Shown: positions 26,901-41,800 of the stretch, in pieces
Position numbering within the stretch: the first letter of the stretch is position 1
Layout: each line of letters opens with the position of its first letter
Assembly (NCBI GenBank): GCA_964057225.1
Contig: OZ059899.1
Coordinates: forward strand, 19,096,001-19,160,000
DNA from: Auanema rhodensis
Taxonomy: Eukaryota > Animalia > Nematoda
DNA: 64,000 bases
Direction: 5' to 3'
The notes under the pieces: generated by a model
The model's database searches: none
What the model saw: the letters and a program-made list of their open reading frames with translations, nothing else
What the model was told of the DNA's origin: nothing
Translations under genes and position numbers: made by a program

Positions 26901-28399
26901 GCATGGTAACCATGACTTTGAATTTTACGTGAACTTTAATTTATGCTAATTAAACGTACACGTGGTGTGCACTCGGTATGTAACTCGCTTCACGTGAAAG
27001 ATAAAGAGATGCGGTTTTTAAAATTAGATTCCCCATGTCCATATTAGTCTAAAAACAATTTTTTACTGATATTGGTGCATGGTAACCATGATTTTGAAAT
27101 TTACGTGAACTTTAATTTATGCTAATTAAACGTACACGTGATGTGCACTTGGTATGTAACTCGCTTCACGTGAAAGATAAAGAGATGCGGTTTTTAAAAT
27201 TAGATTCCCCATGTCCATATTAGTCTAAAAACAATTTTTTACTGATATTGGTGCATGGTAACCATGATTTTGAAATTTACGTGAACTTTAATTTATGCTA
27301 ATTAAATGTACACGTGGTGTGCACTCGGTATGTAACTCGCTTCACGTGAAAGATAAAGAGATGCGGTTTTCAAAATTAGATTCCCCATGTCCATATTAGT
27401 CTAAAAACAAATTTTTATTGATATTGGTGCATGGTAACCATGACTTTGAATTTTACGTGAACTTTAATTTATGCTAATTAAACGTACACGTGGTGTGCAC
27501 TCGGTATGTAACTCGCTTCACGTGAAAGATAAAGAGATGCGGTTTTTAAAATTAGATTCCCCATGTCCATATTAGTCTAAAAACAATTTTTTACTGATAT
27601 TGGTGCATGGTAACCATGATTTTGAAATTTACGTGAACTTTAATTTATGCTAATTAAACGTACACGTGATGTGCACTTGGTATGTAACTCGCTTCACGTG
27701 AAAGATAAAGAGATGCGGTTTTTAAAATTAGATTCCCCATGTCCATATTAGTCTAAAAACAATTTTTTACTGATATTGGTGCATGGTAACCATGATTTTG
27801 AAATTTACGTGAACTTTAATTTATGCTAATTAAACGTACACGTGATGTGCACTTGGTATGTAACTCGCTTCACGTGAAAGATAAAGAGATGCGGTTTTTA
27901 AAATTAGATTCCCCATGTCCATATTAGTCTAAAAACAATTTTTTACTGATATTGGTGCATGGTAACCATGACTTTGAAATTTACGTGAACTTTAATTTAT
28001 GCTAATTAAACGTACACGTGGTGTGCACTCGGTATGTAACTCGCTTCACGTGTAAGATAAAGAGATGCGGTTTTCAAAATTAGATTCCCCATGTCCATAT
28101 TAGTCTAAAAACAAATTTTTATTGATATTGGTGCATGGTAACCATGATTTTGAAATTTACGTGAACTTTAATTTATGCTAATTGAACGTACACGTGATGT
28201 GCACTTGGTATGTAACTCGCTTCACGTGAAAGATAAAGAGATGCGGTTTTTAAAATTAGATTCCCCATGTCCATATTAGTCTAAAAACAATTTTTTACTG
28301 ATATTGGTGCATGGTAACCATGATTTTGAAATTTACGTGAACTTTAATTTATGCTAATTAAACGTACACGTGGTGTGCTCTCGGTATGTAACTCGCTTC

Positions 28400-29730
28400 A
28401 CGTGAAAGATAAAGAGATGCGGTTTTCAAAATTAGATTCCCCATGTCCATATTAGTCTAAAAACAAATTTTTATTGATATTGGTGCATGGTAACCATAAC
28501 TTTGAAATTTACGTGAACTTTAATTTATGCTACATAAATGTACACGTGATGTGCACTTGGTATGTAACTCGCTACACGTGTAAGATAAAGAGATGCGGTT
28601 TTCAAAATTAGATTCCCCATGTCCATATTAGTCTAAAAACAAATTTTTATTGATATTGGTGCATGGTAACCATGACTTTGAAATTTACGTGAACTTTAAT
28701 TTATGCTAATTAAACGTACACGTGGTGTGCACTCGGTATGCAACTCGCTTCACGTGTAAGATAAAGAGATGCGGTTTTCAAAATTAGATTCCCCATGTCC
28801 ATATTAGTCTAAAAACAAATTTTTATTGATATTGGTGCATGGTAACCATGACTTTGAATTTTACGTGAACTTTAATTTATGCTAATTAAACGTACACGTG
28901 GTGTGCACTCGGTATGTAACTCGCTTCACGTGAAAGATAAAGAGATGCGGTTTTCAAAATTAGATTCCCCATGTCCATATTAGTCTAAAAACAAATTTTT
29001 TTTGATATTGGTGCATGGTAACCATGATTTTGAAATTTACGTGAACTTTAATTTATGCTAATTAAATGTACACGTGGTGTGCACTCGGTATGTAACTCGC
29101 TTCACGTGAAAGATAAAGAGATGCGGTTTTCAAAATTAGATTCCCCATGTCCATATTAGTCTAAAAACAAATTTTTATTGATATTGGTGCATGGTAACCA
29201 TGACTTTGAATTTTACGTGAACTTTAATTTATGCTAATTAAACGTACACGTGGTGTGCACTCGGTATGTAACTCGCTTCACGTGAAAGATAAAGAGATGC
29301 GGTTTTCAAAATTAGATTCCCCATGTCCATATTAGTCTAAAAACAAATTTTTATTGATATTGGTGCATGGTAACCATGACTTTGAAATTTACGTGAACTT
29401 TAATTTATGCTACATAAATGTACACGTGATGTGCACTTGGTATGTAACTCGCTACACGTGTAAGATAAAGAGATGCGGTTTTCAAAATTAGATTCCCCAT
29501 GTCCATATTAGTCTAAAAACAAATTTTTATTGATATTGGTGCATGGTAACCATGACTTTGAAATTTACGTGAACTTTAATTTATGCTAATTAAACGTACA
29601 CGTGGTGTGCACTCGGTATGCAACTCGCTTCACGTGTAAGATAAAGAGATGCGGTTTTCAAAATTAGATTCCCCATGTCCATATTAGTCTAAAAACAAAT
29701 TTTTATTGATATTGGTGCATGGTAACCATG
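28400..29730. repeat. Block repeated at a 5-monomer offset (880 bp)
   Basis: TACATAA and GCTACACGTGTA near 28531-28582 and 29411-29462; ATGCAACTC at 28741 and 29621. Confidence 0.75.
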
Positions 29731-32700
29731 ATTTTGAAATTTACGTGAACTTTAATTTATGCTAATTAAATGTACACGTGGTGTGCACTCGGTATGTAAC
29801 TCGCTTCACGTGAAAGATAAAGAGATGCAGTTATCAAAATTAGATTCCCCATGTCCATATTAGTCTAAAAACAAATTTTTATTGATATTGGTGCATGGTA
29901 ACCATGACTTTGAAATTTACGTGAACTTTAATTTATGCTACTTAAACGTACACGTGATGTGCACTTGGTATGTAACTCGCTTCACGTGAAAGATAAAGAG
30001 ATGCGGTTTTTAAAATTAGATTCCCCATGTCCATATTAGTCTAAAAACAATTTTTTACTGATATTGGTGCATGGTAACCATGATTTTGAAATTTACGTGA
30101 ACTTTATTTTATGCTAATTAAACGTACACGTGATGTGCACTTGGTATGTAACTCGCTTCACGTGAAAGATAAAGAGATGCGGTTTTTAAAATTAGATTCC
30201 CCATGTCCATATTAGTCTAAAAACAATTTTTTACTGATATTGGTGCATGGTAACCATGACTTTGAAATTTACGTGAACTTTAATTTATGCTAATTAAACG
30301 TACACGTGGTGTGCACTCCGTATGTAACTCGCTTCACGTGTAAGATAAAGAGATGCGGTTTTCAAAATTAGATTCCCCATGTCCATATTAGTCTAAAAAC
30401 AAATTTTTATTGATATTGGTGCATGGTAACCATGATTTTGAAATTTACGTGAACTTTAATTTATGCTAATTAAACGTACACGTGATGTGCACTTGGTATG
30501 TAACTCGCTTCACGTGAAAGATAAAGAGATGCGGTTTTTAAAATTAGATTCCCCATGTCCATATTAGTCTAAAAACAATTTTTTACTGATATTGGTGCAT
30601 GGTAACCATGACTTTGAAATTTACGTGAACTTTAATTTATGCTAATTAAACGTACACGTGGTGTGCACTCGGTATGTAACTCGCTTCACGTGAAAGATAA
30701 AGAGATGCGGTTTTTAAAATTAGATTCCCCATGTCCATATTAGTCTAAAAACAATTTTTTACTGATATTGGTGCATGGTAACCATGATTTTGAAATTTAC
30801 GTGAACTTTAATTTATGCTAATTAAACGTACACGTGATGTGCACTTGGTATGTAACTCGCTTCACGTGAAAGATAAAGAGATGCAGTTCTCAAAATTAGA
30901 TTCCCCATGTCCATATTAGTCTAAAAACAATTTTTTACTGATATTGGTGCATGGTAACCATGATTTTGAAATTTACGTGAACTTTAATTTATGCTAATTA
31001 AACGTACACGTGGTGTGCACTCGGTATGTAACTCGCTTCACGTGAAAGATAGAGAGATGCGGTTTTCAAAATTAGATTCCCCATGTCCATATTAGTCTAA
31101 AAACAAATTTTTATTGATATTGGTGCATGGTAACCATGACTTTGAAATTTACGTGAACTTTAATTTATGCTAATTAAACGTACACGTGGTGTGCACTCGG
31201 TATGTAACTCGCTTCACGTGAAAGATAAAGAGATGCGGTTTTTAAAATTAGATTCCCCATGTCCATATTAGTCTAAAAACAATTTTTTACTGATATTGGT
31301 GCATGGTAACCATGACTTTGAAATTTACGTGAACTTTAATTTATGCTAATTAAACGTACACGTGGTGTGCACTCGGTATGTAACTCGCTTCACGTGTAAG
31401 ATAAAGAGATGCGGTTTTCAAAATTAGATTCCCCATGTACATATCAGTCTAAAAACAAATTTTTATTGATATTGGTGCATGGTAACCATGACTTTGAATT
31501 TTACGTGAACTTTAATTTATGCTAATTAAACGTACACGTGGTGTGCACTCGGTATGTAACTCGCTTCACGTGTAAGATAAAGAGATGCGGTTTTCAAAAT
31601 TAGATTCCCCATGTCCATATTAGTCTAAAAACAAATTTTTATTGATATTGGTGCATGGTAACCATGACTTTGAAATTTACGTGAACTTTAATTTATGCTA
31701 CATAAATGTACACGTGATGTGCACTTGGTATGACTCTCGCTACACGTGTAAGATAAAGAGATGCGGTTTTCAAAATTAGATTCCCCATGTCCATATTAGT
31801 CTAAAAACAAATTTTTATTGATATTGGTGCATGGTAACCATGACTTTGAAATTTACGTGAACTTTAATTTATGCTAATTAAACGTACACGTGGTGTGCAC
31901 TCGGTATGCAACTCGCTTCACGTGTAAGATAAAGAGATGCGGTTTTCAAAATTAGATTCCCCATGTCCATATTAGTCTAAAAACAAATTTTTATTGATAT
32001 TGGTGCATGGTAACCATGATTTTGAAATTTACGTGAACTTTAATTTATGCTAATTAAATGTACACGTGGTGTGCACTCGGTATGTAACTCGCTTCACGTG
32101 AAAGATAAAGAGATGCAGTTATCAAAATTAGATTCCCCATGTCCATATTAGTCTAAAAACAAATTTTTATTGATATTGGTGCATGGTAACCATGACTTTG
32201 AAATTTACGTGAATTTTAATTTATGCTAATTAAACGTACACGTGATGTGCACTTGGTATGTAACTCGCTTCACGTGAAAGATAAAGAGATGCGGTTTTTA
32301 AAATTAGATTCCCCATGTCCATATTAGTCTAAAAACAATTTTTTACTGATATTGGTGCATGGTAACCATGATTTTGAAATTTACGTGAACTTTAATTTAT
32401 GCTAATTAAACGTACACGTGATGTGCACTTGGTATGTAACTCGCTTCACGTGAAAGATAAAGAGATGCGGTTTTTAAAATTAGATTCCCCATGTCCATAT
32501 TAGTCTAAAAACAATTTTTTACTGATATTGGTGCATGGTAACCATGATTTTGAAATTTACGTGAACTTTAATTTATGCTAATTAAACGTACACGTGGTGT
32601 GCACTCGGTATGTAACTCGCTTCACGTGAAAGATAAAGAGATGCGGTTTTCAAAATTAGATTCCCCATGTCCATATTAGTCTAAAAACAAATTTTTATTG

Positions 32701-32899
32701 ATATTGGTGCATGGTAACCATGATTTTGAAATTTACGTGAACTTTAATTTATGCTAATTAAATGTACACGTGGTGTGCACTCGGTATGTAACTCGCTTCA
32801 CGTGAAAGATAAAGAGATGCAGTTATCAAAATTAGATTCCCCATGTCCATATTAGTCTAAAAACAAATTTTTATTGATATTGGTGCATGGTAACCATGA

Positions 32900-35800
32900 C
32901 TTTGAATTTTACGTGAACTTTAATTTATGCTAATTAAACGTACACGTGGTGTGCACTCGGTATGTAACTCGCTTCACGTGAAAGATAAAGAGATGCGGTT
33001 TTCAAAATTAGATTCCCCATGTCCATATTAGTCTAAAAACAAATTTTTATTGATATTGGTGCATGGTAACCATGACTTTGAAATTTACGTGAACTTTAAT
33101 TTATGCTACATAAATGTACACGTGATGTGCACTTGGTATGTAACTCGCTACACGTGTAAGATAGAGAGATGCGGTTTTCAAAATTAGATTCCCCATGTCC
33201 ATATTAGTCTAAAAACAAATTTTTATTGATATTGGTGCATGGTAACCATGACTTTGAAATTTACGTGAACTTTAATTTATGCTAATTAAACGTACACGTG
33301 ATGTGCACTTGGTATGTAACTCGCTACACGTGTAAGATAAAGAGATGCGGTTTTCAAAATTAGATTCCCCATGTCCATATTAGTCTAAAAACAAATTTTT
33401 ATTGATATTGGTGCATGGTAACCATGACTTTGAAATTTACGTGAACTTTAATTTATGCTAATTAAACGTACACGTGGTGTGCACTCGGTATGCAACTCGC
33501 TTCACGTGAAAGATAAAGAGATGCAGTTATCAAAATTAGATTCCCCATGTCCATATTAGTCTAAAAACAAATTTTTATTGATATTGGTGCATGGTAACCA
33601 TGATTTTGAAATTTACGTGAACTTTAATTTATGCTAATTAAATGTACACGTGATGTGCACTTGGTATGTAACTCGCTTCACGTGAAAGATAAAGAGATGC
33701 GGTTTTTAAAATTAGATTCCCCATGTCCATATTAGTCTAAAAACAAATTTTTATTGATATTGGTGCATGGTAACCATGACTTTGAAATTTACGTGAACTT
33801 TAATTTATGCTAATTAAACGTACACGTGATGTGCACTTGGTATGTAACTCGCTTCACGTGAAAGATAAAGAGATGCGGTTTTTAAAATTAGATTCCCCAT
33901 GTCCATATTAGTCTAAAAACAATTTTTTACTGATATTGGTGCATGGTAACCATGATTTTGAAATTTACGTGAACTTTAATTTATGCTAATTAAACGTACA
34001 CGTGATGTGCACTTGGTATGTAACTCGCTTCACGTGAAAGATAAAGAGATGCGGTTTTTAAAATTAGATTCCCCATGTCCATATTAGTCTAAAAACAATT
34101 TTTTACTGATATTGGTGCATGGTAACCATGATTTTGAAATTTACGTGAACTTTAATTTATGCTAATTAAACGTACACGTGGTGTGCACTCGGTATGTAAC
34201 TCGCTTCACGTGAAAGATAAAGAGATGCGGTTTTCAAAATTAGATTCCCCATGTCCATATTAGTCTAAAAACAAATTTTTATTGATATTGGTGCATGGTA
34301 ACCATGATTTTGAAATTTACGTGAACTTTAATTTATGCTAATTAAATGTACACGTGGTGTGCACTCGGTATGTAACTCGCTTCACGTGAAAGATAAAGAG
34401 ATGCAGTTATCAAAATTAGATTCCCCATGTCCATATTAGTCTAAAAACAAATTTTTATTGATATTGGTGCATGGTAACCATGACTTTGAAATTTACGTGA
34501 ACTTTAATTTATGCTAATTAAACGTACACGTGGTGTGCACTCGGTATGTAACTCGCTTCACGTGTAAGATAAAGAGATGCGGTTTTCAAAATTAGATTCC
34601 CCATGTTCATATTAGTCTAAAAACAAATTTTTATTGATATTGGTGCATGGTAACCATGATTTTGAAATTTACGTGAACTTTAATTTATGCTAATTAAACG
34701 TACACGTGATGTGCACTTGGTATGTAACTCGCTTCACGTGAAAGATAAAGAGATGCGGTTTTTAAAATTAGATTCCCCATGTCCATATTAGTCTAAAAAC
34801 AATTTTTTACTGATATTGGTGCATGGTAACCATGATTTTGAAATTTACGTGAACTTTAATTTATGCTAATTAAACGTACACGTGGTGTGCACTCGGTATG
34901 TAACTCGCTTCACGTGAAAGATAAAGAGATGCGGTTTTTAAAATCAGATTCCCCATACACATATCAGTCTAAAAACAAATTTTTATTGATATTGGTGCAT
35001 GGTAACCATGACTTTGAATTTTACGTGAACTTTAATTTATGCTAATTAAACGTACACGTGGTGTGCACTCGGTATGTAACTCGCTTCACGTGAAAGATAA
35101 AGAGATGCGGTTTTCAAAATTAGATTCCCCATGTCCATATTAGTCTAAAAACAAATTTTTATTGATATTGGTGCATGGTAACCATGACTTTGAAATTTAC
35201 GTGAACTTTAATTTATGCTAATTAAACGTACACGTGGTGTGCACTCGGTATGTAACTCGCTACACGTGTAAGATAGAGAGATGCGGTTTTCAAAATTAGA
35301 TTCCCCATGTCCATATTAGTCTAAAAACAAATTTTTATTGATATTGGTGCATGGTAACCATGACTTTGAAATTTACGTGAACTTTAATTTATGCTAATTA
35401 AATGTACACGTGATGTGCACTTGGTATGTAACTCGCTTCACGTGAAAGATAAAGAGATGCAGTTATCAAAATTAGATTCCCCATGTCCATATTAGTCTAA
35501 AAACAAATTTTTATTGATATTGGTGCATGGTAACCATGACTTTGAAATTTACGTGAACTTTAATTTATGCTAATTAAACGTACACGTGGTGTGCACTCGG
35601 TATGTAACTCGCTACACGTGTAAGATAGAGAGATGCGGTTTTCAAAATTAGATTCCCCATGTCCATATTAGTCTAAAAACAAATTTTTATTGATATTGGT
35701 GCATGGTAACCATGACTTTGAAATTTACGTGAACTTTAATTTATGCTAATTAAATGTACACGTGATGTGCACTTGGTATGTAACTCGCTTCACGTGAAAG

Positions 35801-38800
35801 ATAAAGAGATGCAGTTATCAAAATTAGATTCCCCATGTCCATATTAGTCTAAAAACAAATTTTTATTGATATTGGTGCATGGTAACCATGATTTTGAAAT
35901 TTACGTGAACTTTAATTTATGCTAATTAAACGTACACGTGATGTGCACTTGGTATGTAACTCGCTTCACGTGAAAGATAAAGAGATGCGGTTTCTAAAAT
36001 TAGATTCCCCATGTCCATATTAGTCTAAAAACAATTTTTTACTGATATTGGTGCATGGTAACCATGATTTTGAAATTTACGTGAACTTTAATTTATGCTA
36101 ATTAAACGTACACGTGGTGTGCACTCGGTATGTAACTCGCTTCACGTGAAAGATAAAGAGATGCGGTTTTCAAAATTAGATTCCCCATGTACATATCAGT
36201 CTAAAAACAAATTTTTATTGATATTGGTGCATGGTAACCATGACTTTGAATTTTACGTGAACTTTAATTTATGCTAATTAAACGTACACGTGGTGTGCAC
36301 TCGGTATGTAACTCGCTTCACGTGAAAGATAAAGAGATGCGGTTTTCAAAATTAGATTCCCCATGTCCATATTAGTCTAAAAACAAATTTTTATTGATAT
36401 TGGTGCATGGTAACCATGACTTTGAAATTTACGTGAACTTTAATTTATGCTACATAAATGTACACGTGATGTGCACTTGGTATGTAACTCGCTACACGTG
36501 TAAGATAGAGAGATGCGGTTTTCAAAATTAGATTCCCCATGTCCATATTAGTCTAAAAACAAATTTTTATTGATATTGGTGCATGGTAACCATGACTTTG
36601 AAATTTACGTGAACTTTAATTTATGCTAATTAAACGTACACGTGATGTGCACTTGGTATGTAACTCGCTACACGTGTAAGATAAAGAGATGCGGTTTTCA
36701 AAATTAGATTCCCCATGTCCATATTAGTCTAAAAACAAATTTTTATTGATATTGGTGCATGGTAACCATGACTTTGAAATTTACGTGAACTTTAATTTAT
36801 GCTAATTAAACGTACACGTGGTGTGCACTCGGTATGCAACTCGCTTCACGTGAAAGATAAAGAGATGCAGTTATCAAAATTAGATTCCCCATGTCCATAT
36901 TAGTCTAAAAACAAATTTTTATTGATATTGGTGCATGGTAACCATGATTTTGAAATTTACGTGAACTTTAATTTATGCTAATTAAATGTACACGTGATGT
37001 GCACTTGGTATGTAACTCGCTTCACGTGAAAGATAAAGAGATGCGGTTTTTAAAATTAGATTCCCCATGTCCATATTAGTCTAAAAACAAATTTTTATTG
37101 ATATTGGTGCATGGTAACCATGACTTTGAAATTTACGTGAACTTTAATTTATGCTAATTAAACGTACACGTGATGTGCACTTGGTATGTAACTCGCTTCA
37201 CGTGAAAGATAAAGAGATGCGGTTTTTAAAATTAGATTCCCCATGTCCATATTAGTCTAAAAACAATTTTTTACTGATATTGGTGCATGGTAACCATGAT
37301 TTTGAAATTTACGTGAACTTTAATTTATGCTAATTAAACGTACACGTGGTGTGCACTCGGTATGTAACTCGCTTCACGTGAAAGATAAAGAGATGCGGTT
37401 TTCAAAATTAGATTCCCCATGTCCATATTAGTCTAAAAACAAATTTTTATTGATATTGGTGCATGGTAACCATGATTTTGAAATTTACGTGAACTTTAAT
37501 TTATGCTAATTAAATGTACACGTGGTGTGCACTCGGTATGTAACTCGCTTCACGTGAAAGATAAAGAGATGCAGTTATCAAAATTAGATTCCCCATGTCC
37601 ATATTAGTCTAAAAACAAATTTTTATTGATATTGGTGCATGGTAACCATGACTTTGAAATTTACGTGAACTTTAATTTATGCTAATTAAACGTACACGTG
37701 GTGTGCACTCGGTATGTAACTCGCTTCACGTGTAAGATAAAGAGATGCGGTTTTCAAAATTAGATTCCCCATGTTCATATTAGTCTAAAAACAAATTTTT
37801 ATTGATATTGGTGCATGGTAACCATGATTTTGAAATTTACGTGAACTTTAATTTATGCTAATTAAACGTACACGTGATGTGCACTTGGTATGTAACTCGC
37901 TTCACGTGAAAGATAAAGAGATGCGGTTTTTAAAATTAGATTCCCCATGTCCATATTAGTCTAAAAACAATTTTTTACTGATATTGGTGCATGGTAACCA
38001 TGATTTTGAAATTTACGTGAACTTTAATTTATGCTAATTAAACGTACACGTGGTGTGCACTCGGTATGTAACTCGCTTCACGTGAAAGATAAAGAGATGC
38101 GGTTTTTAAAATCAGATTCCCCATACACATATCAGTCTAAAAACAAATTTTTATTGATATTGGTGCATGGTAACCATGACTTTGAATTTTACGTGAACTT
38201 TAATTTATGCTAATTAAACGTACACGTGGTGTGCACTCGGTATGTAACTCGCTTCACGTGAAAGATAAAGAGATGCGGTTTTCAAAATTAGATTCCCCAT
38301 GTCCATATTAGTCTAAAAACAAATTTTTATTGATATTGGTGCATGGTAACCATGACTTTGAAATTTACGTGAACTTTAATTTATGCTAATTAAACGTACA
38401 CGTGGTGTGCACTCGGTATGTAACTCGCTACACGTGTAAGATAGAGAGATGCGGTTTTCAAAATTAGATTCCCCATGTCCATATTAGTCTAAAAACAAAT
38501 TTTTATTGATATTGGTGCATGGTAACCATGACTTTGAAATTTACGTGAACTTTAATTTATGCTAATTAAATGTACACGTGATGTGCACTTGGTATGTAAC
38601 TCGCTTCACGTGAAAGATAAAGAGATGCAGTTATCAAAATTAGATTCCCCATGTCCATATTAGTCTAAAAACAAATTTTTATTGATATTGGTGCATGGTA
38701 ACCATGACTTTGAAATTTACGTGAACTTTAATTTATGCTAATTAAACGTACACGTGGTGTGCACTCGGTATGTAACTCGCTACACGTGTAAGATAGAGAG

Positions 38801-41800
38801 ATGCGGTTTTCAAAATTAGATTCCCCATGTCCATATTAGTCTAAAAACAAATTTTTATTGATATTGGTGCATGGTAACCATGACTTTGAAATTTACGTGA
38901 ACTTTAATTTATGCTAATTAAATGTACACGTGATGTGCACTTGGTATGTAACTCGCTTCACGTGAAAGATAAAGAGATGCAGTTATCAAAATTAGATTCC
39001 CCATGTCCATATTAGTCTAAAAACAAATTTTTATTGATATTGGTGCATGGTAACCATGATTTTGAAATTTACGTGAACTTTAATTTATGCTAATTAAACG
39101 TACACGTGATGTGCACTTGGTATGTAACTCGCTTCACGTGAAAGATAAAGAGATGCGGTTTCTAAAATTAGATTCCCCATGTCCATATTAGTCTAAAAAC
39201 AATTTTTTACTGATATTGGTGCATGGTAACCATGATTTTGAAATTTACGTGAACTTTAATTTATGCTAATTAAACGTACACGTGGTGTGCACTCGGTATG
39301 TAACTCGCTTCACGTGAAAGATAAAGAGATGCGGTTTTCAAAATTAGATTCCCCATGTACATATCAGTCTAAAAACAAATTTTTATTGATATTGGTGCAT
39401 GGTAACCATGACTTTGAATTTTACGTGAACTTTAATTTATGCTAATTAAACGTACACGTGGTGTGCACTCGGTATGTAACTCGCTTCACGTGAAAGATAA
39501 AGAGATGCGGTTTTCAAAATTAGATTCCCCATGTCCATATTAGTCTAAAAACAAATTTTTATTGATATTGGTGCATGGTAACCATGACTTTGAAATTTAC
39601 GTGAACTTTAATTTATGCTACATAAATGTACACGTGATGTGCACTTGGTATGTAACTCGCTACACGTGTAAGATAGAGAGATGCGGTTTTCAAAATTAGA
39701 TTCCCCATGTCCATATTAGTCTAAAAACAAATTTTTATTGATATTGGTGCATGGTAACCATGACTTTGAAATTTACGTGAACTTTAATTTATGCTAATTA
39801 AACGTACACGTGATGTGCACTTGGTATGTAACTCGCTACACGTGTAAGATAAAGAGATGCGGTTTTCAAAATTAGATTCCCCATGTCCATATTAGTCTAA
39901 AAACAAATTTTTATTGATATTGGTGCATGGTAACCATGACTTTGAAATTTACGTGAACTTTAATTTATGCTAATTAAACGTACACGTGGTGTGCACTCGG
40001 TATGCAACTCGCTTCACGTGAAAGATAAAGAGATGCAGTTATCAAAATTAGATTCCCCATGTCCATATTAGTCTAAAAACAAATTTTTATTGATATTGGT
40101 GCATGGTAACCATGATTTTGAAATTTACGTGAACTTTAATTTATGCTAATTAAATGTACACGTGATGTGCACTTGGTATGTAACTCGCTTCACGTGAAAG
40201 ATAAAGAGATGCGGTTTTTAAAATTAGATTCCCCATGTCCATATTAGTCTAAAAACAAATTTTTATTGATATTGGTGCATGGTAACCATGACTTTGAAAT
40301 TTACGTGAACTTTAATTTATGCTAATTAAACGTACACGTGATGTGCACTTGGTATGTAACTCGCTTCACGTGAAAGATAAAGAGATGCGGTTTTTAAAAT
40401 TAGATTCCCCATGTCCATATTAGTCTAAAAACAATTTTTTACTGATATTGGTGCATGGTAACCATGATTTTGAAATTTACGTGAACTTTAATTTATGCTA
40501 ATTAAACGTACACGTGATGTGCACTTGGTATGTAACTCGCTTCACGTGAAAGATAAAGAGATGCGGTTTTTAAAATTAGATTCCCCATGTCCATATTAGT
40601 CTAAAAACAATTTTTTACTGATATTGGTGCATGGTAACCATGATTTTGAAATTTACGTGAACTTTAATTTATGCTAATTAAACGTACACGTGGTGTGCAC
40701 TCGGTATGTAACTCGCTTCACGTGAAAGATAAAGAGATGCGGTTTTCAAAATTAGATTCCCCATGTCCATATTAGTCTAAAAACAAATTTTTATTGATAT
40801 TGGTGCATGGTAACCATGATTTTGAAATTTACGTGAACTTTAATTTATGCTAATTAAATGTACACGTGGTGTGCACTCGGTATGTAACTCGCTTCACGTG
40901 AAAGATAAAGAGATGCAGTTATCAAAATTAGATTCCCCATGTCCATATTAGTCTAAAAACAAATTTTTATTGATATTGGTGCATGGTAACCATGACTTTG
41001 AAATTTACGTGAACTTTAATTTATGCTAATTAAACGTACACGTGGTGTGCACTCGGTATGTAACTCGCTTCACGTGTAAGATAAAGAGATGCGGTTTTCA
41101 AAATTAGATTCCCCATGTTCATATTAGTCTAAAAACAAATTTTTATTGATATTGGTGCATGGTAACCATGATTTTGAAATTTACGTGAACTTTAATTTAT
41201 GCTAATTAAACGTACACGTGATGTGCACTTGGTATGTAACTCGCTTCACGTGAAAGATAAAGAGATGCGGTTTTTAAAATTAGATTCCCCATGTCCATAT
41301 TAGTCTAAAAACAATTTTTTACTGATATTGGTGCATGGTAACCATGATTTTGAAATTTACGTGAACTTTAATTTATGCTAATTAAACGTACACGTGGTGT
41401 GCACTCGGTATGTAACTCGCTTCACGTGAAAGATAAAGAGATGCGGTTTTTAAAATCAGATTCCCCATACACATATCAGTCTAAAAACAAATTTTTATTG
41501 ATATTGGTGCATGGTAACCATGACTTTGAATTTTACGTGAACTTTAATTTATGCTAATTAAACGTACACGTGGTGTGCACTCGGTATGTAACTCGCTTCA
41601 CGTGAAAGATAAAGAGATGCGGTTTTCAAAATTAGATTCCCCATGTCCATATTAGTCTAAAAACAAATTTTTATTGATATTGGTGCATGGTAACCATGAC
41701 TTTGAAATTTACGTGAACTTTAATTTATGCTAATTAAACGTACACGTGGTGTGCACTCGGTATGTAACTCGCTACACGTGTAAGATAGAGAGATGCGGTT